Below, piece after piece: positions 40,164 through 54,026 of a stretch of 64,000 nt of DNA; position 1 is the first letter of the stretch, and each line of letters opens with the position of its first letter. Made by a program: the position numbers and the translations under genes. The notes beneath the pieces are model-generated. The model saw only the letters and a list, made by a program, of their open reading frames with translations, did no database searches and was not told where the DNA came from. Source of the stretch: Bugula neritina (taxonomy: Eukaryota > Animalia > Bryozoa); NCBI GenBank assembly GCA_964035545.1, contig OZ037770.1, positions 15,800,642 to 15,864,641 on the forward strand, given 5' to 3'.

Positions 40164-41789
40164 GATCTCTATACGAGTATTTTCTATTTTTTACAATACG
40201 AGTTTTTTTTAGTTAATTTTTTTACATTTTTTTTTTAAACATATTCATTGCGTTTCATGTCTTTGTAAATAATTTGTATTTTTCAGCTTTTATTTATTTA
40301 TCTGTATTTACAACTTGTACGGGTCTAGCAATCATCTTAGTAACACATGTTGGATATAAAATAAAACGGGTCAATTCAGTGAATAGAGTGGATAACTTCC
40401 CTTATTATAGCAGTGACAGTGCAGTAACAACTAGCTGTACTACAGTAACAACTAACTGTACTACAGTAACACATTGCTGTGCTACAGTAACACATTGCTG
40501 TGCTACAGTAATACATTGCTGTACTACGATAATACATTGCTGTACTACAGTAACACCTTGCAGTTCTACAGCAATACATTGCTGTACTACAATAACGCAT
40601 TGCTGTACTACAGTAATACATTGCTGTTCTACAGTTACGCCTTCCTATAGAGCTGAGTGTGCTCACACTGAGCTGGTCATATACTAGGAGGGATTATGGA
40701 TGTATTCTCTATGATATCTTTCTAGTGGTAAACTGACTTGAAGACCTCAGCTATGCTACAAACATGTCTGCCTGAAAACTGTTAAACTAGTTAGACTGAG
40801 TATTGGTACTATCTGTCCTTTCCTTACTCCTTTGTTATACCCCCCCCCCCCCCCCCCCCCTGTTGCCTGTCCACACCAGGCTTGTATCGTCTCCCATGGG
40901 AGTTGTTTACTCACTGAACGTATAAGGAGACTCAACAGCACTGAGCAACACTTACTGCAGGATAATAGCAATCAATATGAATATTATAGTAATATAGGCA
41001 CATGATTTCCTAACATAAATGTGTTGGGCTAAGATCAGACTATTCTAACATTTATCAGTAAACACATAACAGCTATATATATAGACCGCCAATAATCCCT
41101 TTCTAATGGAGGGACATAAATCAACAGAAGTCAATTCTGATAGGTTTATGATTTATAAGAGAAACACAGTCACCTGGTAACAGAGATGTGGAAGGAATAG
41201 ATTTAATTGATGCGGTCAGTTTGATTACAGAGAAATGAGTGATAAAATAGTACACCAGTATCACTTTAGTTATTGTAGTTTCTACACCAGTATCACATTA
41301 GTTATTGTAGTTTCTACACCAGTATCACATTAGTTATTGTAGTTTCCACACAAGAATACAATTTGAAGCTTCATTAAAACTGCATACTACTGCAGGTAAA
41401 GTGTGTACTTATGCAGGTAAATATTGCACCACTGCTACAAGAATCATATTTCAACTAAAACAAAGCAGTAATGAATGTTGAACATTTAATATGACATACC
41501 AGAGCAGTACATAGCTGTAATGTATACAAGATACAAAAGATGTTGGTTCATAGGACTTTGGCAATAGAGGCCAACAAATACTTTCATATGCATTTATTAG
41601 AAATAGCAGTAGTACTAGTAATACTAGTAATAGTAGAAGTAGTAGACATAAGTGTAAAAAAATCACAAATAAAAATTTAGTACTGTGATTGGTTCTAAAA
41701 TAATAAAAAATATTGTAGTAACATAGTAAAAGTAGTATAAAGCATGCTACCAAAATTTGTCAAACAAGATGTGAGTAACTGTTGTATGT

Positions 41790-42545
41790 TATACCTGTAG
41801 AGTATATACCTGTAGAGTATATACCTGTAGAGTATATACCTGTAGAGTATATACCTGTAGAGTATATATCTGTAGAGTATATACCTGTAGAGTATATACC
41901 TGTAGAGTATATACCTGTAGAGTATATACCTGTAGAGTATATATCTGTAGAGTATATACCTGTAGAGTATATACCTGTAGAGTATATACCTGTAGAGTAT
42001 ATATCTGTAGAGTATATACCTGTAGAGTATAAACCTGTAGAGTATATACCTGTAGAGTATATATCTGTAGAGTATATACCTGTAGAGTATATACCTGTAG
42101 AGTATATACCTGTAGAGTATATACCTGTAGAGTATATACCTGTAGAGTATATACCTGTAGCGTATATATATCTGTAGAGTATATACCTGTAGGGTATATA
42201 CCTGTAGAGTATATACCTGTAGAGTATATAAACCTGTAGAGTATATACTCTACAGGTATATATACCTGTAGAGTATATACCTGTAGAGTATATATCTGTA
42301 GAGTATATACCTGTAGAGTATATACCTGTAGAGTATATACCTGTAGAGTATATACCTGTAGAGTATATAAACCTGTAGAGTATATACTCTACAGATATAT
42401 ACCTGTAGAGTATATATATCTGTAGAGTATATATACCTGTAGAGTATATATATCTGTAGAGTATATACCTGTAGAGTATATATATATCTGTAGAGTATAT
42501 ATCTGTAGAGTATATACCTGTAGAGTATATATACCTGTAGAGAAT
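41790..42545. repeat. 15-bp minisatellite downstream of the ZF stop codon
   Basis: ATACCTGTAGAGTAT array with locally inverted units. Confidence 0.95.
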
Positions 42546-42556
42546 ATATCAACACT

Positions 42557-45500
42557 TCATTTCCCTGTAGACTCCACGGGCTCTGAAAAATACGAAATAA
42601 CCAAATAAACGATTTGTTTATAAATTAAGTGGTGTATGTAGAAGTAGTACTGTAGCCACGTCCACCTGTCACAGATATTGGAATATAATTGGCTGATCTA
42701 GTACTGTAGCCACACCCACCTGTCACAGGTAATGGAATATAATTGGCTGATCTAGTACTGCAGCCACACCCACCTGTCACAGGTAATGGAATATAATTGG
42801 ATGACTCGACAGCCTCAAAACTCGGAGACTCTGGGTGTATAGGAAGGGCGGATAAGGCTGCAGCCTCAACTATGATAGACGTTTCGTTCTGAAAGTAAAT
42901 ACCAGATTGAGAAGCGAGTATTCCACAGAACATACCGGAAGAAATATAAAGAATATATAATATACAAACAGAAAAGCTGAAGTCTGTTTATTAACTATCA
43001 GTTGAGAGGAAATACTGACCTGTTTCCTGGAAGGTAGAGAAAGCTGATTGGTGGTTAGTTTGTCTTTGTTGCCATGGAAACTGGCGGCAGGAAGTGGGGC
43101 TGTACGTGTACTCAGTCCTGTATCAATCTCTCTGCCTTCAGTTGTGAACAGCTTTCCTTCCCTGTATCACAGTAAACATAACATACTACAGAGTGTACAT
43201 AACACACTACAGAGTGTACATAACACACTACAAAGTGTACATAGCACACTACAGAGTGTACATAACGCACTACAGAGTACACACAACACACTACAGTGTA
43301 CATAACACACTACAGAGTGTACATGTATAACACACTACAGAGTGTACATAACACACTACAGAGTACACACAACACACTACAGAATGTACATAACATACTA
43401 CAAAGTGTACACAACATACTACAGAGTGTAGATAACACACTACAGAGTGTACATAACACACTACATAATGTACATAACACACTACAGTGTACATAACATA
43501 CTACAGAGTGTACATAGCGCACTACAGAGTACATACCGGATATCTATTCTGTGAACAGAGAGCTGGTGTTGATTTTTAAGGTGTTTCTTCAGGGGAGCTC
43601 CTTCAATGGCCGAATAGTCACACAGGTGACACCTGTACGGCCTCTCTCCGGTGTGTATGCGCAGGTGCACCTTCAGTCTGCCAGCTGTCTTGGCAGCGTA
43701 CGAGCAGTGCTGACAGGTGAAGGGCGTGTCAGATGAGTGTCTCTTCATGTGGTCCTTCAGCCAGTTGACCAGAGAGGTTCTATAGTCACAGTGGGGGCAC
43801 TTGAGGTGCTTTGGCTTGTGTTTCATCAGTTTGTGCTTACTCAGCATGCTGATACCTGTGAATGACTGTCCACAGGTGTCACACAGGTATGGCTTGACAC
43901 CTGCAGACACATATACTGACACCTGCAGACACATATACTGACACCTGCAGACACATATACTGACACCTGCAGACATATATACTGACACATAATATATACT
44001 GAGATATACGCACACAGAGACATACGTACCTTTGTGTGCTGTGTTGATGTGTATACGTAGACCCTCCTTGTTAGCGCTGCTGTAGTTGCTGCAGATGCTG
44101 CACTTGTACGGCTTCTCCTCAGGAGGCAGGTGAGTCTTCACGTGCTGCCGCAAGTTAGCCCTCTTGATAGTGCTGAACTCACACTGCTCGCACTTCATCA
44201 CCTCGCATCTCTCCGGGTGCACCTTCTGCATGTGCTGGGTCCAGTCCACCTTCGTCTCTGCACATCGAGGGACACATTTCTAAGCAAGGACAACTTTAAC
44301 AAGTAGTAGACATACATGTGCAATATTTACAGCAGTGTGCACCTACTTGCGGTAAACGAACAGTCCTGATGATCACAATCGAGTGACTTCCTTTCCGTGT
44401 GCCTCTTCTTGGATGTAGGTGATGAAACTTTCATAGCCTCAGGATTTACAGCTGAGGAGTGAAAAGTAGGGTGAGGGGGTAGAGGAGCTGATAGTTTCCC
44501 CGCTCTGCAATAGTATTAATCAGTATGACTATACGGGAGATGCTTTTAGACTGAGTACCAAGGAACAAGTAGTAGAAGTGTTGGGAGAGAGTGAGGAGTA
44601 CGTCTCAACACAGCTACTACACCATACAGTAATAAATCCTGTAGAAGTGAGTGAAAATGTAGAGTGAACCTTGACTCCTGCTGGTGACTGTCCTTTGTGC
44701 TTAGCTTCAGTTCCTCATGCCCTGGCACTGATGTGGGCTCTTGCTCACCCCACTCCACTGTTGGCTCCTCTTTCACTTCAACTAATTCACAGTCTAAAAT
44801 ATATTCAATAATCAGTGACTTACAGTTTCACAAAGTTCTACATTATATATCTGTATAGTCTGAGTAATATATATCTGTATAGTCTGAGTAATATATACTG
44901 TATAGTCTGAGTAGTATATACTGTATAGTCTGAGTAGTATATACTGTGTAGTCTGAGTAGTATATACTCTATAGTCTGAGTAGTATATACTGCATAGTCT
45001 GAGTAATATATACTGTATAGTCTGAGTAGTATATACTGTATAGTCTGAGTAGTATATACTGTGTAGTCTGAGTAAAATATACTGTATAGTCTGAGTAGTA
45101 TATACTGTATAGTCTGAGTAATATATACTGTGTAGTCTGAGTAATATATACTGTATAGTCTGAGTAGTATATACTGTATAGTCTGAGTAATATATCTGCA
45201 TAGTCTGAGTAGTATATACTGTATAGTCTGAGTAGTATATACTGTATAGTCTGAGTAGTATATACTGTATAGTCTGAGTAGTATATACTGTATAGTCTGA
45301 GTAGTATATACTGTATAGTCTGAGTAATATATCTGCATAGTCTGAGTAATATATACTGTATAGTCTGAGTAATATATACTGTATAGTCTGAGTAATACTG
45401 TATAGTCTGAGTAGTATATACTGTATAGTCTGAGTAGTATATACTGTATAGTCTGAGTAGTATATACTGTATAGTCTGAGTAGTATATACTGTATAGTCT

Positions 45501-45874
45501 GAGTAATATATACAGTATAGTCTGAGTAATATATACTGTATAGTCTGAGTAGTATATACTGTATAGTCTGAGTAATATATACTGTATAGTCTGAGTAATA
45601 TATACTGTATAGTCTGAGTAATATATACTGTATAGTCTGAGTAATATATACTGTATAGTCTGAGTAGAATACCTGCATAGTCTGAGTGTATAGCCTGTTC
45701 CGCAGGTTGAATGGAAGACTCCCAATCACCTTCCCCCAGTCTAATAAGTCTTTTGATATGTCGGAGAATAATCTCAATGTTGAGAACACATTTAGCTATG
45801 AACTCTGAATCCAGAGTGTCTATTGCCTCATGGAGCACTTGCTGCTGATTGGCAGATATTTGAGGTGACATCAT
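42557..45874 (-). CDS. C2H2 zinc finger protein (7 fingers, ~8 exons)
   Basis: Fingers from CPRC..H..H to CHLCDYSAIEGAPLKKHLKNQH with a HTGERPY linker; acidic VKEEP region upstream; last exon EPVESTGK* at 42557-42582. Confidence 0.85.
43178..43535. repeat. 21-bp intronic minisatellite starting at a donor
   Basis: CATAACACACTACAGAGTGTA array. Confidence 0.9.
44845..45690 (-). repeat. 23-bp exon-end-derived minisatellite
   Basis: Minus strand ACTCAGACTATACAGTATATATT array; exon end is ACTCAGACTATGCAG|GTATTCT. Confidence 0.95.
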
Positions 45875-47796
45875 TCAACACGTGCTGTAAACATAAATAA
45901 TTTAGTTCAACATGGACCTGGTTGAAAATATGCTACGACAATAGCGTTTAAACTGTTTCATTAAACAACATATCTATTAATAAATAAAAATAATAAAGAA
46001 TGAAAATTCTCACATTATTCAATTTTAGAAAAAGAACCATTCAAACAGTGTACTCAGTCACTAAAAGGAAAATATCCTTCCACTGATATTTTTCTAAGAT
46101 TGCGTACTGTATAAAGAGATAAAAACCATCTAAATTTGAAACTTTCATGTTACTCATCAACTTCTAAAAATGCATGATGCCTGATAGTAAATTATCATAC
46201 ATTCAGCACCATTAATATTAATAGTAAATGTAATCACTAATAGCAATAGCAATTAAAAATAGCGATACTCTTACTGATTATTATTATCGCAATGATATTA
46301 TAATCACATTAATAATGATTATGATAGTAACAATCATAATGATACTGATAGCCATAGTGATACTTAGGTACTCTTGTAATTATTATATTAACACCTAATT
46401 TAAGTTTAGCAGATAAATTTTTAAATTACAACATGAAAATTTAAAATAAATTAATTTTAAATAAAAACAATATCAATATGTCTAATTCATATATGATATA
46501 TTCATATTGAAAATAATATTAATTATATCCAACTCAAAGTCTAAATTTATGAGGATGATCATGGTTATCATTATGATTATAGATTAAAATATAATTAGTA
46601 TAATAATTATTGAATTCAAAAGTACGTCGACAGTTTGAGTGAGCAGTTGTTTGTTGTTTGTTTTGTTAGAAACTTTAGACCCCTATATATGGGGAAGTGA
46701 AGGTCTTCAGAGTCAGACCTGTGATTGTTGATTACTACAAGTCTTATGATCTTAAATCTCGTGAAGTTTTATTAGACTTCAACTTACAGTTACTTCAACT
46801 TACAGTCAATTTTACTCTTAATCTTATTCTTAACCCTAAGCCCTAAGGGCAAGGCCATCTAACAGTTATCAATTAACAAGCCAGCGAAAGAAAAATAAGC
46901 AACAATTTTAATTTAAACTATTTGATTAGAAACACTTTTTTCTCTCATATATCTGCGCTTTGTCCTATTCGGATAGCGACACTTGCACTTGCAGTATTAT
47001 TCTATACAAAATTCAATTAACTTTACTTGATTAGTGTTAATCGTTGCTCATAAATACAGTGAAACTGCACAAAGAAAACTCTCCATATGAGTGATGACCA
47101 TAAACTTATTCGTAATCAGGAAATATATTAAAAAAGAGATAATTTGCCTCGCTTTCTTTAAGTCTCCGTAGCTCCCCTTCTTTCACGCTATCAACTTCCA
47201 GGAAACAGCATTGGTATTTTCTAGAGAGAACAACTTCTAATATAAGTATATCTCTTTGAACGCGTAATATTTGTATAAAATGACCCGTGTATCATGACGT
47301 GAAAGGTCTGTAATTAACCTTAATTCTTCGTGGCAATCAAATGGAGGGTACATAAATTGTGATCAGTTGTACAACAAAAGTCTTTCTGCTTTCATTAATT
47401 ATTTATACTTTCACTTCAACTGTTTCTTTATGCATTTTTTTCCTTCATGGATACTGATAATTTGTTGGCATGAAAAGAGCTCTACAACTGCATACTGGAG
47501 AATTTCGACAGAACTGGTATAATTAGACAGGTATATACTATACTCTAAAATGTGCAGGGCAAATGGCTGTAACACTTATAAGCGCTAAAATGCATTTAAT
47601 TGCAAGCTAACCAAGCTAACCAGCAATTGACTTATAGAGTGAGCAGCATGTATTTATTGATTTATTGAGAAACAAAATACCTCCACTCCGCTCTATACAA
47701 ATAACAACAATTGGTTTTCTTATGACTATGCAGATTGGTAATTAGTATTTACGTATGATTATATAATTAACAGCCAATATGTAACATTACATGAGC

Positions 47797-48937
47797 CAGG
47801 GTTGGGGTCAATTACATGTAAATGTAATTAATTACAATTACAATTACATGAAGATTTGTCAATTACAATTACAATTATAATTACAGTTGAAAATAAATGT
47901 AATTAATTACAATTACAATTACATGGCAATGTAATTAATTACAATTACAATTACTTTTGTTCTCGCAAGGAATAAATAGAAGTTACTTCTAGGGTCCAAC
48001 TACCAGCGGCAATGGTGAACCTCTTTTGTTTTCTACAGTGATACTATTATGTCATTCCATACCAAATCAACCAACTTTCAAGGAGTCCCACATCTTTGTG
48101 TCTCAGATTTTGCTCATATTTACACTAAATGGACCTACACATGTTCAGATTACCATTCGTGAATATTTCTGGCCTGACACAAAAACATTTTGAGAAATTA
48201 CTACTTTGGTGAACAAAGGTTGGAAAATTTGTGATTTATACTTTTAGACCAATTTATATGTAATTTAAAATTTGATTAGGCGAGTATTTGAAATTTTTCA
48301 AAATTTACAAAGATTTGTTCATATTCAATGATTTTGCATATATGCACACAAAGTATTCTGTAGTATGTGTTGCTACTAGTGCAAATTGTTGGGTATTATC
48401 AAATCACAGCAAATTTTAAGGCTCAGTCTGGAAAATTGATTGAGATATAGACGTTTATAGATTAGTCTAAAAATAGAAATCACAAATTTTCCTCAAAATG
48501 TTTCTCAACTTTTGTCCACAAAAGTAGTCAGTTCTCAAAAAAATTTTTGTGTCAGGTCAGAAATACTGAAGAAGAGTACTTGAGGCATGTGTAGGTCTAT
48601 TTGGTGTAAACATTAACAAAATCTGAGACGCAAATAGACGCGGGCAATTCGGTGAGCTGGCATGGAATGACCCTACTATATTGACCTAACTATCTGAACT
48701 TGTTATTTAACAGTAGGCATTGTAGAAAAAGGAGTTTTTTAAGATTTAAAAGTTTGAAGTAATTGACATGTAATTATAAAGTAATTGTAAAAATCAATTA
48801 CATTAGATATGTAATTAATTACAATTACAATTACAATTACATTTTTAAACCTCAATTACAAATTACATTCAATTACTTGAAAAAATGTAATTAATTACAG
48901 CCAATTACAATTACAAATTACAATTACCCCAACCCTG
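47797..48937. mobile_element. hAT-type non-autonomous element copy 2 (1141 bp)
   Basis: Same TIRs and interior as 29926-31065; different 8-bp TSD ACATGAGC (47789-47796 / 48938-48945). Confidence 0.9.
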
Positions 48938-49065
48938 ACATGAGCACAACTTAACTTCTGCAGATAGATATAATAATATAATAACAATAGTTCCAGCACA
49001 CACTGAATTCTGAATACAAAAATAGAATAATATCGTATATCTCTAAGGTAAAGAGGGAACATACG

Positions 49066-49810
49066 GTGTCTAGCATGTATACAGTGTATAGCATATATAC
49101 AGTGTATAGCATGTATACAGTGTGCTATACACTGTATACATGCTATACACTGTATATATGCTATACACTGTATAAATGCTATACAGTGTATACATGCTAT
49201 ACAGTGTATAGCACACTGTATAGCATGTATACAGTGTATAGCATATATACAGTGTATAGCACACTGTATACATGCTATACAGTGTATACACTGTATAGCA
49301 TATATACACTGTATAGCACACTGTATAGCATATATACAGTGTATAGCATATATACAGTGTATAGCATATATACAGTGTATAGCATATATACAGTGTATAG
49401 CATATATACAGTGTATAGCATGTATACAGTGACGTACTGTGAGTTGTTATATGAATATGGAGTTGTATAACCATGTACCAGTTTCAACCACTCGGGCTTG
49501 TGGCTTCGTTGTGTAAAATAACGTAGTCCAAAGAGTGTATATCTCTCCAAAGAGTGTATATCTCTCCAAAGAGTGTATATCTCTCCAAAGAGTGTATATC
49601 TCTCCAAAGAGTGTATATCTCTCCAAAAAGTGTATATTCAACTAGCTCTCCAAAGAGTGTATATCTCTCCAAAGAGTGTATATCTCTCCAAAGAGTGTAT
49701 ATCTCTCCAAAGAGTGTATATCTCTCCAAAGAGTGTATATCTCTCCAAAGAGTGTATATCTCTCCAAAGAGTGTATATCTAGTTAGCTCTCCAAAGAGTG
49801 TATATCTAGT
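49066..49810. repeat. Two minisatellites (18-bp and 19-bp)
   Basis: ACAGTGTATAGCATATAT with inverted blocks (49066-49430); CCAAAGAGTGTATATCTCT (49528-49808). Confidence 0.9.
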
Positions 49811-51719
49811 GCATAAGTACTTTGACTATCGACCTCAGAGACTTCCCTCGTGACATCACCAGCTTGTTGGATGACATCATCAGGGTTATAGTTTACCGGC
49901 TCATAGACTGATATACAAAACAAACAGAAGGAAAGAATATAGAGCAACATTTTACAATATAAAGACAATTATAAAAGTTACAATATTGAGTCACAAAAGA
50001 GATGAGGCAACTTGCTTCCATATAAAACTTGAGTTGTTATAGAATAGAAAATATAACCAGGCAGCTCAGTTACTACTTCATGTTTACTCACTCTGTGATG
50101 TAATGGAAGGATGTTGTGTGAGGAGAGACGTGGAGTTGTGTCCACACTCTGCCGGCATCATCATGTGAGGTGATCCCCTGAGCTGCTGCCTATCCTCTTC
50201 TTCTCGTGACGGCGGCAGACACTTGACGCTGTTCAGCTGCTGCCTTGTCTCACTAATTGTGACTCGCTGCTGCCGAATTATCTCACGCTGCCGACGCACT
50301 TTGCTGCGGCAATCTGAAACATGGCGTCATGTGACTAGTATGGGTGTTCATCTATTACTAGGTATAATACTGTATTATAGTATGGGTGCTCATCTATTAC
50401 TAGGTATAATACCGTATTATAGTATGGGTGCTCATCTATTACTAAGCATAATACCGTATTATAGTATGGGTGCTCATCTATTACTAAGCATAATACCGTA
50501 TTACTAGGTATAATACCATATTACTAGGTATAATACCGTATTACTAGGTATAATACCGTATTACTAGGTATAATACCGTATTACTAGGTATAATACCGTA
50601 TTACTAGGTATAATACCGTATTACAAAGTATAATACCGTATTACTAAGTATAATACCGTATTACTAGGTATAATACCGTATTACTAGGTGTAATACCGTA
50701 TTACTAGGTGTAATACCGTATTACTAGGTGTAATACCGTATTACTAGGTATAATACCGTATTATAGACCAACAACTAACCTGAGAGCTGAAGAGAAAGGT
50801 TACTACAGACACTGTGCAGGTAGTGTGTGTCAGCATGAGCAGAGTCATCTATGTCTGGAATATAGAAGTACAGCATACACAATATAGATAATATAATATA
50901 GTAATATATATGACACACTGTTGTACACTATACACAATATAGATAATATAATATAGTAATATATATGACACGCTATCGTACACTATACACAATAGACAAA
51001 GATGATATTGTACCTTGTAGAGTTGTGCTCTCATTATTAAGGCTGGTATTGGAAATCCGTGTGAACTCCTGCAAGCAGGTCAAGGACAACTCTTGCTTGT
51101 GGAGCCGGGCACAGTCCTCGGCCGTCTGCTGGGAAGTATTCTGTATGCTAAGTACTTCCAAGCACTGATTGGCTGTGAGATTAGCCAATAGGCACTCAGC
51201 CTGAGCAATATGGCACCTGGTAGCCGCGTAGTGAATGGGCGAGTTACCGTAGCGGTTGGTGGTGAGCAGAGCTCGGTGGAGGGTGTCCGAGGACAGAGAG
51301 TTGACCAGCAGCTCCAACACCTCCGTGTCATCATGGCCGCTCAGCACTGCCAGGTGAAACACGCTGTTACTCTCTCCATTCTGGATTAATACCAGTTTCT
51401 GCAAATCGTTTGCTGAGAGGGAATTCTCAACAGCTCGTATGACCTCCACATGACCTTTCTCAGCTGCTAGATGCAGCGCCGTGTTACCTTCCCCATTCTG
51501 TATTTTCAGCAGCTGGTACATGTGTTGTGAGGAGAGAGAATTGGCTATGCATGTGATAGTTTGGGGGTGGGAGTAGTGAGCTGCCCAATGTAACGTTGTC
51601 CAGCCCCAGAAGTCCTTCACACTAAGCACTTTCTGTCTGTCTGTCTGAGGCAGCGGGGTCAGCATGTGACTGAATGTCTTGTTGCCAGTCACTAGGATAG
51701 TCTTGAGTAAGCTGTCCAT
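49783..51719 (-). CDS. Ankyrin-repeat protein with a C-terminal coiled-coil-like segment (3' end uncertain)
   Basis: Repeats GWTTLHWAA, GNTALHLAAEKGH, SNSVFHLAVLSGH, GNSPIHYAA, QQTAEDCA at ~40-aa spacing. In-phase downstream exons ~50088-50313 (VRRQREIIRQQRVTISETRQQL) and ~49820-49907. Confidence 0.8.
50335..50765. repeat. 42-bp array grading into a 20-bp array
   Basis: TTACTAGGTATAATACCGTA repeats, derived from the adjacent 42-mer. Confidence 0.9.
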
Positions 51720-51721
51720 CT

Positions 51722-52485
51722 CTATGACTCAACCTACGCACCATAGTATACACTATATATGACTCAACCTACGCACCATAGTATACACTATATGACTCAA
51801 CCTACGCACCATAGTATATACTATATGACTCAACCTACGCACCATAGTATACACTATATGACTCAACCTACGCACCATAGTATACACTATATGACTCAAC
51901 CTACGCACCATAGTATACACTATATGAATCAACCTACGCACCATAGTATATACTATATGACTCAACCTACGCACCATAGTATATACTATATGACTCATCC
52001 TACGCACCATAGTATATACTATATGACTCAACCTACGCACCATAGTATACACTATATGACTCAACCTACGCACCATAGTATACACTATATGACTCAACCT
52101 ACGCACCATAGTATACACTATATGACTCAACCTACGCACCATAGTATACACTATATGACTCAACCTACGCACCATAGTATACACTATATGACTCAACCTA
52201 CGCACCATAGTATATACTATATGACTCAACCTACGCACCATAGTATATACTATATGACTCAACCTACGCACCATAGTATACACTATATATGACTCAACCT
52301 ACGCACCATAGTATACACTATATGACTCAACCTACGCACCATAGTATACACTATATGACTCAACCTACGCACCATAGTATATACTATATGACTCAACCTA
52401 CGCACCATAGTATATACTATATGACTCAACCTACGCACCATAGTATACACTATATATGACTCAACCTACGCACCATAGTATATAC
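51722..52485. repeat. 33-bp minisatellite abutting the ankyrin gene start
   Basis: ATGACTCAACCTACGCACCATAGTATACACTAT, ~23 copies. Confidence 0.95.
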
Positions 52486-53040
52486 AGTACAAGACATTAC
52501 AAGGGACAACTCCTAAACAAGGCTGAGTAATAAATAGCACAGCAACTTACTACCTAGTTTCCCACACGAAAGTTCTTACCACTGTCATTCGTTACTCAAA
52601 AGTGTAAAAACTTTCTAGCATTTTCACGCTGGCAGCGTATAAAGTTACATAATTATATTGATTGGATGTTTAATTGGACCTGGTTTATCCAGTAATCAAT
52701 ATCGCTCTTGTGTTTTTAACAATAGCATAAACAATTGATAAAATCTCTTTCCACAAACCATTTCTCTACATTGCTTAAAATAATTACATAATATAAAATA
52801 CAATGTATTAGTTAGACTGTACAGGATGTATATACAGTATTAAACAGTAGGGCACTATCCTATGTAATACATGTATTAGTTAGACTGTATCCTGCAGTAC
52901 GTATAGTGTATAAAATTCAATACACGAATTCAGGATATGATGTCATGACATGGATAATTTAACATATGCATAATATAATTCAAAGGAATGTGTGCAGTTT
53001 CTGAAAACTTTAGCACGACAGCTCCCTCAATTTTTTCTCA

Positions 53041-53047
<7 letters not shown>

Positions 53048-53109
<62 letters not shown>

Positions 53110-53296
53110 GTGTCATACTGTGAAAGAGTAAGAATATAGTGTGACAGAGTAAGTATATAGTGTGACAGAGTAAGTATACGGTGTGACATAGTAAGTATAT
53201 AGTGTAACAGAGTAAGTATATAGTGTGACACAGTAAGTATATAGTGTGACATAGTAAGTATATAGTGTGACACAGTAAGTATATAGTGTGACATAG
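53048..53296. repeat. (TA)n plus a 21-bp minisatellite
   Basis: Direct reading. Confidence 0.9.
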
Positions 53297-54026
53297 TTAT
53301 AAGTGTAAGTGGGTGACTTACCTGTAACTCTCACATCACAGCTGTAAACAATTGGCTAAATATAATTTCTTTCTAAATCTTGGAACTAGTAGAGAGAGAA
53401 TATATACTCTAACAACAACGAGATAATGAATTTATTATCATTCAAATATTGATCAGGTGATGTATCTATACCACAATGCCTTACTTTTGCTCATCAATGA
53501 TTCTGTGGAAGACTTCTAACATGCTGAATAAAATAAGCTGGATGCATAAAACTAGTCTCCTTCCAATTATTACACTCTCCATGTATGTACGTGACTATTT
53601 GAAACTATTTCTCAACAAAATACATTAAGCCTTTGCAACCTGATGGAGCTTTAAAAAGTCAGCAATTACAGTTTATAACAATAAACTTCCACAAGTGGAC
53701 AAAACGCATTAAATTTGGAGTTATGATACCTTGAACACAGAATAACATGAGGACACAATTCCAGTCCGTTCAGGATGCCAGTTACGAAAGAAATATTGTA
53801 TTCTCTGTGCTGTGAATTGTAAAGTTATATTATGAAATTAGGAAATTTTATGTAGAACACAATTGCGTTTCGTAAATAGAATACTCAATAGAATATAGAC
53901 AGCTGGTAGAGCTAACACATATCGCTATATTTGACTTGAGTTGTAATGGAATTGAACACATTACACCAAAAGCTTACGTATAATCACACCAATAAAACCA
54001 GACAATTCAGCAAATAAAATGGTGGA

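Noticed and set aside
40840-40860. Poly-C run (also poly-G at ~3907 and ~35131)
   Set aside because: Simple homopolymers of uncertain length; no supportable function.
45900-47790. Long AT-rich stretch checked for RNA genes or hidden ORFs
   Set aside because: No tRNA, rRNA or snRNA-like structure and no ORF recognised; likely promoter/intergenic DNA.
50780-50817. Possible micro-exon (CTCTCAG|GTTAGT on the minus strand) in the ankyrin gene
   Set aside because: The candidate acceptors I tried break the phase, while the flanking exons join in frame without it.
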